DNA of 63,417 bases, filler included, from Saprolegnia diclina VS20 (taxonomy: Eukaryota), in assembly GCF_000281045.1 (NCBI RefSeq). It is 4 parts of 2 records of this genome, joined end to end, with 100 filler letters (N's around TTAATTAATTAA, not from the genome) between each part and the next. Parts side by side here need not be neighbours in the genome. Positions count along the whole stretch, not along the records: positions 1 to 27,122 come from NW_008246164.1; 3 more parts are not named here. One strand, written 5' to 3'. The position numbers and the translations under genes were made by a program. The notes beneath the pieces are model-generated. The model was not told where the DNA came from. It was given only the letters and a program-made list of their open reading frames with translations, and did not search any database. Shown here piece after piece: positions 1 to 12,999 of the stretch (the stretch's first letter is position 1; each line of letters begins with the position of its first letter).

Positions 1-1455
1 GGTCCGGCAACTTGTTGTTCTGTTGACGGACCAGGGAGACCAGAGGTGTTGGCCGTATGCGAGATGCGACCGCATGGTGGCAAGGCGCTACTAATCGGCA
101 AACATATGACACCACGCAAGGAAACAGCTGACCCAACAACCGGCGTGGCAGCCCCATGGTTTTATCCAACGTCATCCAGTGCACGGTTGCATTTCAACAA
201 GCCCCACTTCTCTATTCCTCCACTTCTCTGGTCTTTGCGCAATGAGTATTTCGCTGCTGTATTTTCGTCGAGTAATCGGTGCATAGCGCCGCATCTTTTG
301 GAAAATGCACGTGTGGCTCTCTCAACGTCGTCGCGTCGGTCAACGAATATGCTACGCTGCTTATCAGCATGAGTCACAAGCTGAGTCATTGGTGTATGTA
401 CCGTGAGGCTGAGGCCGGCAGCATGCGTGTAGGTGGTCGCACAAGAGTCGCCGTCGTCGCGGGGCGTCGGGCCGAATCTCCTGTGGATCGGCGCAAGCAA
501 AAAACGGCCATGCCCTATCAACAACGACAGACAGGCAACATCGAACGCGTGTGTGCGCTCGCCACGTCGGATGAAGTGCGGAGCGTCGCACGCTTCTCTC
601 CACGACGCACGGCAGAAAGTCATGCGCTGATGACGGACGACATGGCTGCGGCAACGGTAATGCTACGTTTCTTCTCGTGGACGCGCGTCTTCATGACTAA
701 TACATCATCGTGGACACTGAATTCGTTGGACGTGACACAAATCCGTCACGGCGTGGACTCGACTTTGCGCGTGGGTACTTCTGGCTGCATCCCATGTAAA
801 GTCTGCAAGGAGCTTGCACATCGATTTGTTAAGCAGAGTACATTTCAAGGCTGCAATGCGCAACCATTTGTCTGGCAGGTCGACCGACGCGTTTGTAGGA
901 GCTGGAGCTCGGCTAGCCCATTCCAATGGCCTGCAACCGTCGCTGCTTGACAGCCACGCGTCCTTGCTCGACCTCTCGCGCCGCACTGCCTTGGATGCTG
1001 AGCTTTGGAGTCACCAGTCTTGTCCGTCCAAGCTGTCGTCGCATTCGCAGACGTGCGTCGCAGTCACGTAGTACTTTTCTTGCACCCTGTCGCCATGACG
1101 CCAAGCCGACAGACATGCCATCTAGATACTAGGATACGCCGACTTGGTGTCTTTTTTTAATCAGAGTGGAAGGTTGGGTGTTGGCGGCTAGGGCTCCGCC
1201 GATCGATGTGGCTGTGTCGACCAAACGCCAGCAAAAAGCTCCGTTGTCACCCGCTCCAGGTCTCTTGGGCTAGTTGTCTGACGTCCTGCACAACCGCGTG
1301 CTCGACCGGCACAATAATGTGCGCGGCAAGTGCAAAGTGAAGAGCACGTTCGCAACACTCGCCACAAATCGTCTTTGAAAAATTGTCTACTTGTTCACTC
1401 TATAATGTTATTGTACAATACTCTAATGACGACCAACACCAAGCGGACGCTCTAC

Positions 1456-2256
1456 TTAATGTGCGTCTTGGGCTCGAAAGTCGCGGATATGGGGGGTACA
1501 CAGCCCGAGGCTCTTGCCGAGGCGCTTGCAGCCGGCGATTTTGCACATTTTTTCCTTGCGGTGGATCTCGCAGAGGCCGCCGCCGCGGTCGGTCCGGTTG
1601 CAGTCGCCGATCGTGCACGTTCGGCAGCCGCCGTGGCGTGCGCACTTGTTGCCGCGCTGCGCGCCTTTCATGCAACCGTCTTCGTTGCAGCGCTTGCCAC
1701 CGCCATGGGCCCGGCACAGCCCGCCGCCTTGACTGCTCTTGTCGCAGCCAGCATACTTGCAACGCGCACCGCCGCCATGGGCTTTGCAGAGGCCTTGGGA
1801 CTGCGACGCATTCACGCAGCCGTCGATTTTGCACGACTTGCCGCCACCGTGGCCGACGCAGTAGCTGCCGTTCTGCGCTTCCTTGCCGCAGTTGGCGACG
1901 ATGCACTTCTTACCGCCGCCATGGCGCTTGCAGACGCCGCGCGACCGCACCGCGCGGTAGCAGTCGGGCACGGAGCACACCTTCTTGGCGAGCGCGTCGC
2001 AGTCTTCCGAGTCGGTGCCAAAGCTCACGCTGCTGCAAGTGCTGAGTGACCGCGCAGGTCGAACGGGCGGCAGGTCGGTGGTGGCCGAGACGCAAATCAT
2101 GATGGGCTCGATCGTCATGGCCTCGAACGTCGAGCATTGGACGTCAAAGAGGTCGTTCAAGAACTCAACGTCACCCAATAGCACGACGGGCGGGCGGCCC
2201 GACTCGAACGGAATCGGTTCGTACTCGTGGTAGCAGTCGAGGATCGGTGGCAACAT
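1456..2256 (-). CDS. WRKY19-like C-x4-C-x9-C-x2-H (GGG-repeat) zinc-finger protein, array copy 1
   Basis: Intronless ORF MLPPILDCYHEYEPIPF... with seven fingers (e.g. CSVPDCYRAVRSRGVCKRHGGG). INR/FPR-like CTCACACTTCGATTTCC at 2284-2300 (minus strand). No WRKYGQK motif, so not a true WRKY domain. Confidence 0.9.
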   Translation of the reverse strand: MLPPILDCYHEYEPIPFESGRPPVVLLGDVEFLNDLFDVQCSTFEAMTIEPIMICVSATTDLPPVRPARSLSTCSSVSFGTDSEDCDALAKKVCSVPDCYRAVRSRGVCKRHGGGKKCIVANCGKEAQNGSYCVGHGGGKSCKIDGCVNASQSQGLCKAHGGGARCKYAGCDKSSQGGGLCRAHGGGKRCNEDGCMKGAQRGNKCARHGGCRTCTIGDCNRTDRGGGLCEIHRKEKMCKIAGCKRLGKSLGLCTPHIRDFRAQDAH

Positions 2257-4408
2257 GGTGCTGGTGAAGATGTGCGGATCGTGGGAAATCGAAGTGTGAG
2301 GGAATCATGCAGACCATGTCTGCCGCGCGAACGACGTGCGCTGCGTCACGGCAGGTGGCGGCCACCAGTTGGGACGCCGTAACTCGCCGCGCTGGCTCAC
2401 GAAGTGTGTGTTCGTTTAACCATTGACCAAATGTGCAGAAAGAAAAACGCTTCAGAACCAACTGCCGTCAAGCGTCACATATAGCGATACCAAAGCGGAC
2501 AAGCAAATTTCCACAAAACACAAAGCTTTCTCACCACGTCCACAAGGCAAAAAGATGCGGAATTTCTCAAAAGATGCGTGTCGTGGCGACGCGGCGCGCG
2601 TCAAGAAGGTTCGGACGGCGTCATCGACGATATAGAGACTGCAACACCGACAAGTGCGTGAGGCTCCTTCTCCTCTTCAAGGTGGCATACACATATCGTG
2701 TCCTTGCACAAGAACGCAGCGTGTGCATGGTTCGACGTGGAGGAGTCTGTTCCATGTTCATGTAGCTCGCGCCATCAACCTCGATGGCGGGTGCTCGTGG
2801 TTGGCGTCGAGTGCTCTCTGTGATACAGCGCGCGGGTTATATGACTCGGTGTGGGTCGATGGCGCGCAGGAGAAATGTACCATTGATGCAGCGTTGTGGC
2901 ACCGAAGACCGTTAGCGAGCGACAGGTGTCTCCAACAGACGCTGGCATCGATATAAACTACAGTGTACACTGTATACTAGTATGGCACTAGGAGTCACCA
3001 GTCTGAAGAGAACTTTGCGCAAAGCCAGGTTGCACCGCGACGTGGCAGCTCGACGATGCCGCCAAATAATTCACGTACCCAATACGCAGCATCGAACGGC
3101 GCTGTCGCAGACTTCCAAGATGACTTGGCAATGTCGTTTCATGTCTGCAGTTTGTCCATTGAACTTGATTGTGTGTGAGCGCTCGCCAAGATACATGGGA
3201 AACACATCGAGTGTGCGCCAGTAGAGAAACCAAAAAAGCGAATACAAACTGTAAGGTGGAGTACGTGTTGGGCGTCAAAAGGGGCCATCGTGATAGGGAA
3301 GTGCTTACCATCGCAGAGACCAAAGGTAATGGAAGGCGGCTCTACGAACTCTTAGTACTGTAGCCCAGATTGACTGTAGCCCAGCGAGTCGCTCTTCAAA
3401 CGTCCCGAATGCTGTTGGCAAAGTTAACCGGATCCGGATAAAGATTTGCCGCCTGGCGATCTTCAGGATCCTACATCCAACAGCGGCCTGGCAACAGCTC
3501 CAGGCGCTACATGTATCCGATAAAGGGCCACCTTTCCGAATGGATTTACGTGGATCAGTTTCCCATGCCGCGTGAATAGAGCCTGTGACGCGTGCCCCCT
3601 TCCTACCTCTGTACTCCGCTCCAGTGCTTTGCGACCATTCTGAGTTGTTTCGAAGAGAGGCCTGCGCTTCGCTAGTATACATTTGCACGCGTCTGAGAGT
3701 CGCAGTCTTGAGCAAACCTGCTTGGACTTTGGTGGCCAGAGGTCAAGATGTAGGGGTTTAGCCGCGTATCCACGGCGCGGCTGCTCGATCCAAGTGAAAG
3801 GTCGCGGCGGTGTTTACACTGTCAAGCCAGCGCAGTATGCTGTCCAGTAGGTTATCCTTTCCACTCGTGCCTTTAAATTGTTTCCGGATGGAGAACCCGC
3901 CATGGCATGCATAGTTTATAGCGTCGTCCGGAAGAAACGAGAGGCGTAGTTTTTCAGGGTTGGGGTCGCTGGCATTTCACCCTAGTCATGTCATCGGTGC
4001 CACGCGAGCGCCGTCAACACAACCCAGCAGTGAGATGCGAAGACTCTACGTCTCGCTGTCCTAGTGGTATACAAGTATAAGTGAGGCTCCTGCCTTTGGC
4101 AATGCCATCGCGCGCCAGAGACTGACGTTGTTCTCTTGATGATAACTCTGTGAATTCCATTGCTGGCAAGCAGCGTTTGGAGGAAGTCACAAAGTCCAGC
4201 GCTTCGCTTTTGGTCCAGTGGCATCCAAATATGCCGACTCGCTAGGTGCAAATCGCATTGTCCCTCAGCGTCCAAGGCTTATACGGCCGCAGCCAACGAT
4301 GTTAATAATGCGTATGCGTCAACTAGTGGCAGAACGCGATGGTGTTGTTCAAATGTGGCTAAATACATGGGATGGTTACAATGGTCTATCTATCTAGGCG
4401 CGCTTCAA

Positions 4409-5170
4409 CTAGTTTGCGGACGTGGCGCGGAGCTCGCGGATGTGGTGTGTGCACATGCCCATGCTCTTGCCGAGGCGCTTGCAGTCGCTGACTTTGCACA
4501 TGCGCTCTTTGCGGTGAATTTCGCAGAGGCCGCCACCGCGGTCGGTGCGGTTGCAGTCGCCGACCGTGCACGTTCGGCAGCCACCGTGGCGTGCGCACTT
4601 GTTGGCGCGCTGCGCGCCTTTGGTGCAGCCGACTTCGATGCAGCGCTTGCCGCCACCGTGCGCGCGGCAGAGGCCACCGCCTTGGCTGCTCTTGTCGCAG
4701 CCAAACACTTTGCAGCGGGCGCCGCCGCCGTGGGCTTTGCAGAGACCGTGGGACTGCGCCGCGTTGACGCAGTTGTCAATTTTGCACGCCTTGCCACCGC
4801 CGTGGCCGACGCAGTAGTCGCCGTGCTGCGCCTCCTTGCCGCAGCCCGCAAACGAGCAGCGCTTGCCACCGCCGTGACGCTTGCAGACGCCACGAGACCG
4901 GACGACGCGGTGGCAGTCGGCAACTGAACACGTCTTCTTGACCCCGTCGACAAGCGCGAGCTCGATTGCGTCGACATACATGGCATGCGGCGCGAAGACG
5001 GGAGTGGCGGCGGTATAGTCGGTGGCAAAGTCGGATACGTGCTCGAGCTTGATGTTGCACGAGTGCGCGTCGAGCGCCAAGAGGTCGAGAAGGAACGCGT
5101 CTTCATGCAACATCACAAACGGTGCATGATAGACCGCTTCAAACGGGATGGGTTCGATCGTGGACTGCAT
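4409..5170 (-). CDS. WRKY19-like zinc-finger protein, array copy 2
   Basis: MQSTIEPIPF... plus seven fingers. INR/FPR-like GCTCACTTGGCAACTTG at 5175-5191 (minus strand), just upstream of the ATG. Confidence 0.9.
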   Translation of the reverse strand: MQSTIEPIPFEAVYHAPFVMLHEDAFLLDLLALDAHSCNIKLEHVSDFATDYTAATPVFAPHAMYVDAIELALVDGVKKTCSVADCHRVVRSRGVCKRHGGGKRCSFAGCGKEAQHGDYCVGHGGGKACKIDNCVNAAQSHGLCKAHGGGARCKVFGCDKSSQGGGLCRAHGGGKRCIEVGCTKGAQRANKCARHGGCRTCTVGDCNRTDRGGGLCEIHRKERMCKVSDCKRLGKSMGMCTHHIRELRATSAN

Positions 5171-7397
5171 CGCTCAAGTTGCCAAGTGAGCGTTTTTATA
5201 CTCCCAACCAACGTGGCCACGTGGTGGTGTCTCTTGGAACATGTGGGCGCCAGCTCGAAACCGAATCGAGACCACCTGTTGCCTTTTGACGGTCCATAGC
5301 GCTCCCATTGAGAGCCGGTGTCGAGAGTGCCAGCGCGAACCAGCAGCGTGTCTTGCACGTGCCTCGTGGCAGAGAGGTATCGCAGGAGCAGGATGAGACT
5401 CGAGTGGTCGATGACGAGCGCGGCGTCGTATGGACCGCCTTTGCCCATGATGTTTGGCGGTTGTTGCCCTTGAGGGGGATTAGGACCGCATGCCGGTTCG
5501 TCCGCAAGCAAGCCCGAAAATGGAGAACGCTATCGAAGGAACAACGTGTGATATTACAGCCGCCTTTTCGACGCGGTACTGGGTATCGTGCGGGTGGGCT
5601 GATCCGAAGGGCGTTACGCCGACGTACGTGAAGCCGCATTTGGGTGAAATAGCTGTCGAACTTGGATACAATGCGTCCCTTGGTACCCTTCCTGGGCTAC
5701 TAGACCTAGAGTAATCGCGACAACGACTGTTGAACGACGGCCCAAAGGTCCCACCCTGTCCGTCATTCGTCCCACGCACAGTACTTGTGGCGTTAACACA
5801 TACCCGTTCTGGCTTCTGAGATGCCATGACGCGTCGTTGCGTCGATTAGCTCAATAGGACATTCCTTGATGGTCCTCGTACCAGCGCATTCGAGTATCAT
5901 GGGAATCTGAAAACCAGTAGAAAGGTCCTAAGTCGACAGACAGCTTCGTCACAAGGCAAGCGTCCGCGCACGGCGCATTAATTGGCCAGCTTGACGAAGG
6001 GTCGTACAATGCGGGACGTCGCGTTGGCGTTCTAGAATTGATTTCAAATCGTCGTCAATTGCAACGGCGCTGGCTTCCTCGCACAGGACTCGCCAACGTG
6101 GAGACTCTGGACGGCGTCCGTGTATCTGCCGTTGCTCACCACGAGGCACGGCCTTCGAAAGAGCATAGAAAGGCCTCCGCCACGTTGCCTACGCACCGGG
6201 CACTATAAATGAATGACGGTACCGTGTCGGCAAGTTACGTGGCTACTAACCCTCTAAACTAATGTCTCAGTCGTTGTGTGTGCCGTGTGTGCATCGTGTC
6301 ATTGAGAGTGCTGCCGCCGCGATACCGGTCGAGCTTGTTGGCGGCGAATTGGACTCGGAACTACTGAACAAACGGAGCTTGAAGGGTTCAAAATGATGGC
6401 CAAGCAGTGGAAACTTGCATGGAAACCAAAAACTGCGTCCGAGACTCCAGTTTCAACGAAGCTCGCGACGGCACTCGTGTGGCGTGCGTCGTTGAAGCGA
6501 AAAGCGTCTGCGAATGATGATGAGTATCCGCAAATGTATCCACTGTGACGTCGCCGTCCGTGTGGGGCACGAGCTAGGATGATGCTTCGGGCCACTGGCT
6601 ATGCAAACGACTATTCGGGTTCGAGCGTTGCAGCTTGTGCGCTACCGGTGGTGCCATGGCGCCAAACGACGCGAGTTGCGTGTCTTGGCCCATCGATGCA
6701 GCTCGCGTCATCGACACTGCGCGTTCTTTTGTGGTAGCTCGCAGCGGGATTCGATCGAGTAGCCACGAGCTACTCCAAACCGACCAGATTTTTGCGGCAC
6801 CCGATACGCGCACCGTATTTTGCATCATCGCACCTACCGTTGGTGATGCGCTGGTCATGTGCGCGCGACTGAAGTGTGGATGCGCACTCTTGGCTGTATC
6901 ATTATTCTGTCGTCGAAATATGTCCTCGTCAAGGCTTCAACTAGAAGAATGAGCAAGCAAGTATTCACTCTTCCACCACCGTGTGGACAGTCGCCGCGCA
7001 GGTACGTCAGTGCGTTGTGGTGCTTGCTCTTGCGCGCGTCAACAGTGTCGCTCCGAACGCATTCCTGGGTTGTTCATCTTGTGGCTCTGGACTGGATCCT
7101 AAACACTCAACTATCACTTTGTTTACATTTGTTGAGCGGCTACCTTGGCGCTTGTATTGACGTGCCTTCTTGGAGGCCAGCGCGTGCGACCGTCCGCAGC
7201 TGCCACCGAATAGTAGCCGCGTCGACTTTGATCGAGGACTCAAATATATACAAGTCCAACGACGACGACGGCCCCATCCAAGTGATGATTGCCGACCACA
7301 TGGTCTCCACTTCGGCACTCGCCACTGTCTCCCAAAACCGGTCGAGAGAACCAGACGCGATGACGTGGTGAGCTCATATTTCAATTCGACCCGTGCC

Positions 7398-8138
7398 ATG
7401 CACATTGATCCTATTCCGTTCGCATCTGCCGCGCGCGGCATCGCGTTGGAGGACGCGCGAATGCTCCACGAGCTCTTTCTCGAGCCTGAGAAAGAGACGC
7501 GGCGGGTCGCCCTGCACCGCGCCGTGAGCATCTCGAGCAGCCAAGGCGGTGCGACCGACGCCGAAGACAGTGTCGAGCTCCCGGTACCAAAACGCAACTG
7601 CAAGATCCATGGCTGCCACCGCGTCGTGCGGTCGCGGGGCGTCTGCAAGCGCCATGGTGGTGGGAAGAAGTGTACCTTCCCCGACTGTACGAAAGAAGCC
7701 CACAATGGTCTTCTCTGTGTCGGCCACGGCGGTGGCAAGAAGTGCAAAATTGACAACTGCGTCAACGCGGCGCAGTCTCAAGGCCTCTGCAAGGCCCACG
7801 GCGGCGGTGCCCGCTGCAAGGTACCAGCATGCGACAAGAGCAGCCAAGGCGGCGGACTCTGTCGCGCCCATGGCGGTGGCAAGCGCTGCAACGAAGTCGG
7901 CTGCATGAAGGGCGCCCAGCGCGGGCACAAGTGCTCCAAGCACGGCGGATACCGCACGTGCACGGTCGGTGTTTGCACGAGGACAGACCGCGGCGGCGGG
8001 TACTGCGAGATTCACCGCAAGGAGCAGATGTGCATCACCGCAGGATGCCAACGGCTCGGAAAGAGTCTTGGGATGTGCACACCACATCTGCGTGCGTATC
8101 GAAGCCAGCGACCAAGTGACGTCGCCAAATGTCTGTAA
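7398..8138 (+). CDS. WRKY19-like zinc-finger protein, array copy 3
   Basis: ATG at 7398 (MHIDPIPF...), seven fingers. GCTCATATTTCAATTCG at 7372-7388 supports this start over the ORF-track start at 7170. Confidence 0.9.
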   Translation: MHIDPIPFASAARGIALEDARMLHELFLEPEKETRRVALHRAVSISSSQGGATDAEDSVELPVPKRNCKIHGCHRVVRSRGVCKRHGGGKKCTFPDCTKEAHNGLLCVGHGGGKKCKIDNCVNAAQSQGLCKAHGGGARCKVPACDKSSQGGGLCRAHGGGKRCNEVGCMKGAQRGHKCSKHGGYRTCTVGVCTRTDRGGGYCEIHRKEQMCITAGCQRLGKSLGMCTPHLRAYRSQRPSDVAKCL

Positions 8139-8802
8139 TCCAGTAGCTGTACTACAATGAAGTTGATGGAATGAGTTATGAACATGCCGCTCTGTCAGGT
8201 TGACAATTTCTTCTTGCGCTGACGAGGCACGACTGTTGCATTTTTCGAGAAGCGTCAGTGGTCAGTGGCCGTGCACGCCATCGCTCGAGAAGCTGTAGAT
8301 TAGAAACGAAGTTATGAAACTAGTATCTCTATCTGTGCAGTTAGATGATGCAGTGCCGTACTCTGATGTTGATACTGGACCCCCTAGCGTTTTTTGGCTT
8401 GGGCGCGTCGTGCTCTTGCGCGCACGCTAGTGTCTAGATGCGGCGCGTCAGCGAGGTCAAACTCGTGCGCGTCGTGAGGTCTTGTGGCTCGGCTCACGGT
8501 GTCGAAGGCGGCGACTGAACGTGCCTACCCCACCTGAAGGCGTCGACTGACTTGTTACTAAGCTTTGAAAACTTATATTTATCAGGTAACACAGGGTGAG
8601 CTCATGGGGTGAGCTGGTGACACAAGATCAACGCATTTGCGAGAAACGGTCTGCGCCCACGCAGCACAAGTACCACACCGAAATCTTCGGCGTGGCATCC
8701 TTCGTCGCGTCCCTTCACACCTCGGTTAGGACCCTTGGCGAGTACTAGTGCGCTATATACCTCTTTCCTCGCCCGCAACCATACCACAAACGCTAACTTG
8801 CT

Positions 8803-9613
8803 NNNNNNNNNNNNNNNNNNNNNNNNNNNNNNNNNNNNNNNNNNNNNNNNNNNNNNNNNNNNNNNNNNNNNNNNNNNNNNNNNNNNNNNNNNNNNNNNNN
8901 NNNNNNNNNNNNNNNNNNNNNNNNNNNNNNNNNNNNNNNNNNNNNNNNNNNNNNNNNNNNNNNNNNNNNNNNNNNNNNNNNNNNNNNNNNNNNNNNNNNN
9001 NNNNNNNNNNNNNNNNNNNNNNNNNNNNNNNNNNNNNNNNNNNNNNNNNNNNNNNNNNNNNNNNNNNNNNNNNNNNNNNNNNNNNNNNNNNNNNNNNNNN
9101 NNNNNNNNNNNNNNNNNNNNNNNNNNNNNNNNNNNNNNNNNNNNNNNNNNNNNNNNNNNNNNNNNNNNNNNNNNNNNNNNNNNNNNNNNNNNNNNNNNNN
9201 NNNNNNNNNNNNNNNNNNNNNNNNNNNNNNNNNNNNNNNNNNNNNNNNNNNNNNNNNNNNNNNNNNNNNNNNNNNNNNNNNNNNNNNNNNNNNNNNNNNN
9301 NNNNNNNNNNNNNNNNNNNNNNNNNNNNNNNNNNNNNNNNNNNNNNNNNNNNNNNNNNNNNNNNNNNNNNNNNNNNNNNNNNNNNNNNNNNNNNNNNNNN
9401 NNNNNNNNNNNNNNNNNNNNNNNNNNNNNNNNNNNNNNNNNNNNNNNNNNNNNNNNNNNNNNNNNNNNNNNNNNNNNNNNNNNNNNNNNNNNNNNNNNNN
9501 NNNNNNNNNNNNNNNNNNNNNNNNNNNNNNNNNNNNNNNNNNNNNNNNNNNNNNNNNNNNNNNNNNNNNNNNNNNNNNNNNNNNNNNNNNNNNNNNNNNN
9601 NNNNNNNNNNNNN
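8803..9613. other. Assembly gap (811 N)
   Basis: Run of N inside the zinc-finger array. Confidence 1.
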
Positions 9614-10576
9614 AAACGCCATGTGGGCTTTGTGCGTGGTTCGTTTTTGCAGGGCTGGTCAATCTGTCCGACAGCCTTTTTGTTCTTGGCGAAAGCGATA
9701 TGATGGCATTTGACTAGCGTCTCGTCGCTACACCTACTACTTTACACGGACACAACACCGAAAGGTTGCATGTTGTTGGCGAACGCAGAAGCACTATTAC
9801 ATGCAGCAAGAGAAGCTAGCGTCTGCTTTATAGGAAGAGTACGCGCATTAAGAGGCGTCGCCTCCATCAACCGTGTCCACTAGTCATACTGCGCAGATTC
9901 GTACGGTCAATTTCTGACGTCTCTCGCCGATTTGTGCTGATTTTTCAGCAAGGTACGCACGACGGGTTTATGTTGAGCTCGAAACACCATGAGCGCGTCC
10001 TGACCAAGTACTGTAAACCAAAACGTCATTTCTGTCCATCGACCACGTGGCAGGACATGGGAACAGGCTCGGTCACCGGAATGCGGTGGTAATTTGCTTC
10101 GTTTTGAGGCCGTTGGTATTGCCACATGGGGCAGCGACATGTAGAGACTCCTCGCTTTTTTGTCAACGTTGAACGACTACGGACACCACTTATGCTATTC
10201 CGATGCACGCGCTGGACCAGAACGCTGGCATCCCATCCCGCTCCAGATCATCCGCATCGTCTTCGTCCTTATCTCTATCGCGTCCTACTATCGACCTCAG
10301 CTTGCCGATCACGGGCGTACGTTGTCCGTGGACCACGTTTTGGGGGTACTAATAGGAGGGAGAATGTTGATCGAATGGCTACTAAACCCGTACCACACTC
10401 CCACAAGTGTAGTATCTTTTTGGCGCGCCAGCTGGCTTGCCTCACCAGATCGAAGCTTCGTCTGGGTCTTGCGTGGTATCTTTAATCGACCAAAAGCATC
10501 TGGTGGTTGATGGAGTTGCAAATCCCAGCGCTCATTTTTGCTTTTCCTTCCAACGACTCATTCTCGTCGTCGTATC

Positions 10577-11326
10577 ATGAGCAGCGTCTACGAGCCGCGC
10601 CTCCTCGAGCCGATCCCGTTCAACCCGAGCTTGAACCACATGCCGCTTTTAAGTGCCTATGACCTCTGGGCACTCGTCGACTGCCACCTAGAGGACACGG
10701 ACGACAGTGTGACGACGGACGAAGAAGACGGTCGCTTCAGCGTCGCTTCGACCCTCTCGACCGAGTTGGACGAGTCCAGTGGCCGGAAGCACTGCGCAGT
10801 CTTTGGCTGCTCGAGCCCGGTCCGAGCCCGCGGCTTTTGCAAACGCCACGGCGGCGCCCGCGTCTGCGGCGTTCCGACATGTGCCAAAGAAGCGCAGAAC
10901 GGCCAGTTCTGCATCGGCCACGGCGGCGGCAAGTGCTGCAAGGTCACCGGCTGCTCGAACGCCGCGCAGTCCCAAGGACTCTGCAAAGCCCACGGCGGCG
11001 GCTCCCGCTGCAAGCACCTTGGCTGCGAACGCAGTAGCCAAGGCGGCGGGTTCTGCCGCTCCCACGGCGGCGGCAAGCGCTGCGACGTGCCCGGCTGCAC
11101 GAAAGGCGCCCAACGCGGCACCAAATGTGCCAAGCACGGCGGCTGCCGGTCGTGCACTCTGCCGGGCTGCACGCGCACCGACCGCGGCGGCGGCCTCTGT
11201 GAGATCCACCGCAAGGACAAGACGTGCGTCATCGAAGGCTGCAAGCGGCTCGGCAAAACCCTCGGCATGTGCACACCGCACGTGCGCGAGCACCGCCATA
11301 GCGGGCTCCAAGCGCTTTTGTCGTAA
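10577..11326 (+). CDS. WRKY19-like zinc-finger protein, array copy 4
   Basis: MSSVYEPRLLEPIPF..., acidic linker, seven fingers. GCTCATTTTTGCTTTTCC at 10530-10547. Confidence 0.9.
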   Translation: MSSVYEPRLLEPIPFNPSLNHMPLLSAYDLWALVDCHLEDTDDSVTTDEEDGRFSVASTLSTELDESSGRKHCAVFGCSSPVRARGFCKRHGGARVCGVPTCAKEAQNGQFCIGHGGGKCCKVTGCSNAAQSQGLCKAHGGGSRCKHLGCERSSQGGGFCRSHGGGKRCDVPGCTKGAQRGTKCAKHGGCRSCTLPGCTRTDRGGGLCEIHRKDKTCVIEGCKRLGKTLGMCTPHVREHRHSGLQALLS

Positions 11327-12249
11327 ATCGTATTCGCTAAGTGTAAACGTATATTTAATGTAATCTTGCATCCAATGAGCTGTTTGCGAGTAAGCGGCGG
11401 ATGCTATTTTTCTTCTTGCGACTCGTTTCTCGTACCGCATCACCTGCGTATGTGCCGCGGACATCTGGTCTCGCTGCAATGCAAACGCATGGCGACCAGA
11501 TCAGATTCTAGTGAACGGTGTCGATCACAAGAAGCATGTCTCTGGGTCACGACCGGCGCTATTACAATTGTCGTCGCCGTGTACGAGAGTGGATTCCTTG
11601 ACGACGCTGTGTGTATGTTGAAGGCACTCGTGTCACTTCGAAACAGCAACCCACTCAAGTTCTACTCCGTTTGCGGGTTTCGTTGACGCTGGACCTGATA
11701 TCGAACTTTTTCGAGGGACGTTCGACCCGACTACATCCAAACGTCGCCGCGAGTTGGACAATAAAGACTAGGTACACTTTAGATAACTTGAAGGAGCGGA
11801 CTGAGCTCTCCTAGTACAACTTGTACCGGAAGGTCGCTGACATTCGGGCGATGCCAAGCTGCGAGACCATGAAGCGGCTACCAGAATTGGCTGCCAATGA
11901 GGTTTGCAGCAGCATGCATCCGCTGCGTGGAGACAAGAAGGGTGAGGAGAACGCATGCAGTGAGCTTATAAATCTGGCTTTCTTGCGCGATGAGTGTACG
12001 TAGTATATGCAGCGATTAGTACACGATGATTCCAGTGCTGTCGTAATATAACCGTCATCTTGCCTGACCCCCCGCGACTCACACACCTGGACAACAGCGA
12101 CTCGGTGTGCTGACCACAGATCGCGCGACTTTACGGTACGTCTTCAGTGGGGGCAGAGGCACTCACCCATACCAACGTTGCACAAGACAGATGTTGTTTC
12201 GACACGGCAGCCGAATGCCACACCGCCGTCAATCCCGAATTCGCCCGTC

Positions 12250-12999
12250 ATGGATTCTATGGTCGACCTCCGCCTCGAGCCGATTCCGTTCACGGCAACC
12301 CCGAGATCCGAGATCCCGTACCCGCTCGTAGCCGACTACCTCGCGACGCTGCTACGGCCGTCATCGCCGACGCAGCCAGTCGAATCGTTCGAGTTTCGAG
12401 CGAGCAATGCATCGAGCCACGCCACCGACGTCGAGGGCGACGACGGGCCGCCCGTCCGCCGGCGCATCTGCCGCCACCCGGGCTGCGCCAGCCACGTCCG
12501 GTCCAAGGGCTACTGCAAGCGCCACGGCGGCGGGCGCCTCTGCAGTGTGTTGACGTGCGACAAGGAGGCACAGAACGGACAGTTTTGCATCGGCCACGGT
12601 GGAGGCAAGAGTTGTCAAGCCATCGGCTGCTCGAACGCGGCACAGTCCCAGGGCCTCTGCAAAGCCCACGGCGGTGGCTCGCGCTGCAAATACGCGGGAT
12701 GCGACCGCAGCAGCCAAGGCGGCGGGCTCTGCCGCACCCACGGAGGTGGCAAGCGCTGTGACGTAGCCGGGTGTACTAAAGGCGCGCAGCGGGGCACCAA
12801 GTGCGCCAAACATGGCGGCTGTCGGACGTGCTCGGTCGTCGACTGCCCGCGCACCGACCGCGGCGGCGGCTTGTGCGACGTCCACCGGCGCAACAAGACG
12901 TGCCGCATCCCAGAGTGCAAGCGCCTCGGAAAGACGATGGGCATGTGCACAGCCCACATGCGCGAGCACCGCGACCGAACGTTCAAAGTCGAGCCGTGA
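12250..12999 (+). CDS. WRKY19-like zinc-finger protein, array copy 5
   Basis: MDSMVDLRLEPIPF... plus seven fingers. Weaker INR/FPR-like GTCAATCCCGAATTCGC at 12228-12244. Confidence 0.88.
   Translation: MDSMVDLRLEPIPFTATPRSEIPYPLVADYLATLLRPSSPTQPVESFEFRASNASSHATDVEGDDGPPVRRRICRHPGCASHVRSKGYCKRHGGGRLCSVLTCDKEAQNGQFCIGHGGGKSCQAIGCSNAAQSQGLCKAHGGGSRCKYAGCDRSSQGGGLCRTHGGGKRCDVAGCTKGAQRGTKCAKHGGCRTCSVVDCPRTDRGGGLCDVHRRNKTCRIPECKRLGKTMGMCTAHMREHRDRTFKVEP

Noticed and set aside
8735..9713. ORFs spanning the 811-N gap, and the idea that the gap hides a seventh array copy
   Set aside because: The ORFs are N artefacts. The gap is about gene-sized, but its flanks show no finger or PIPF sequence and the spacing between copies 3 and 4 is already typical.
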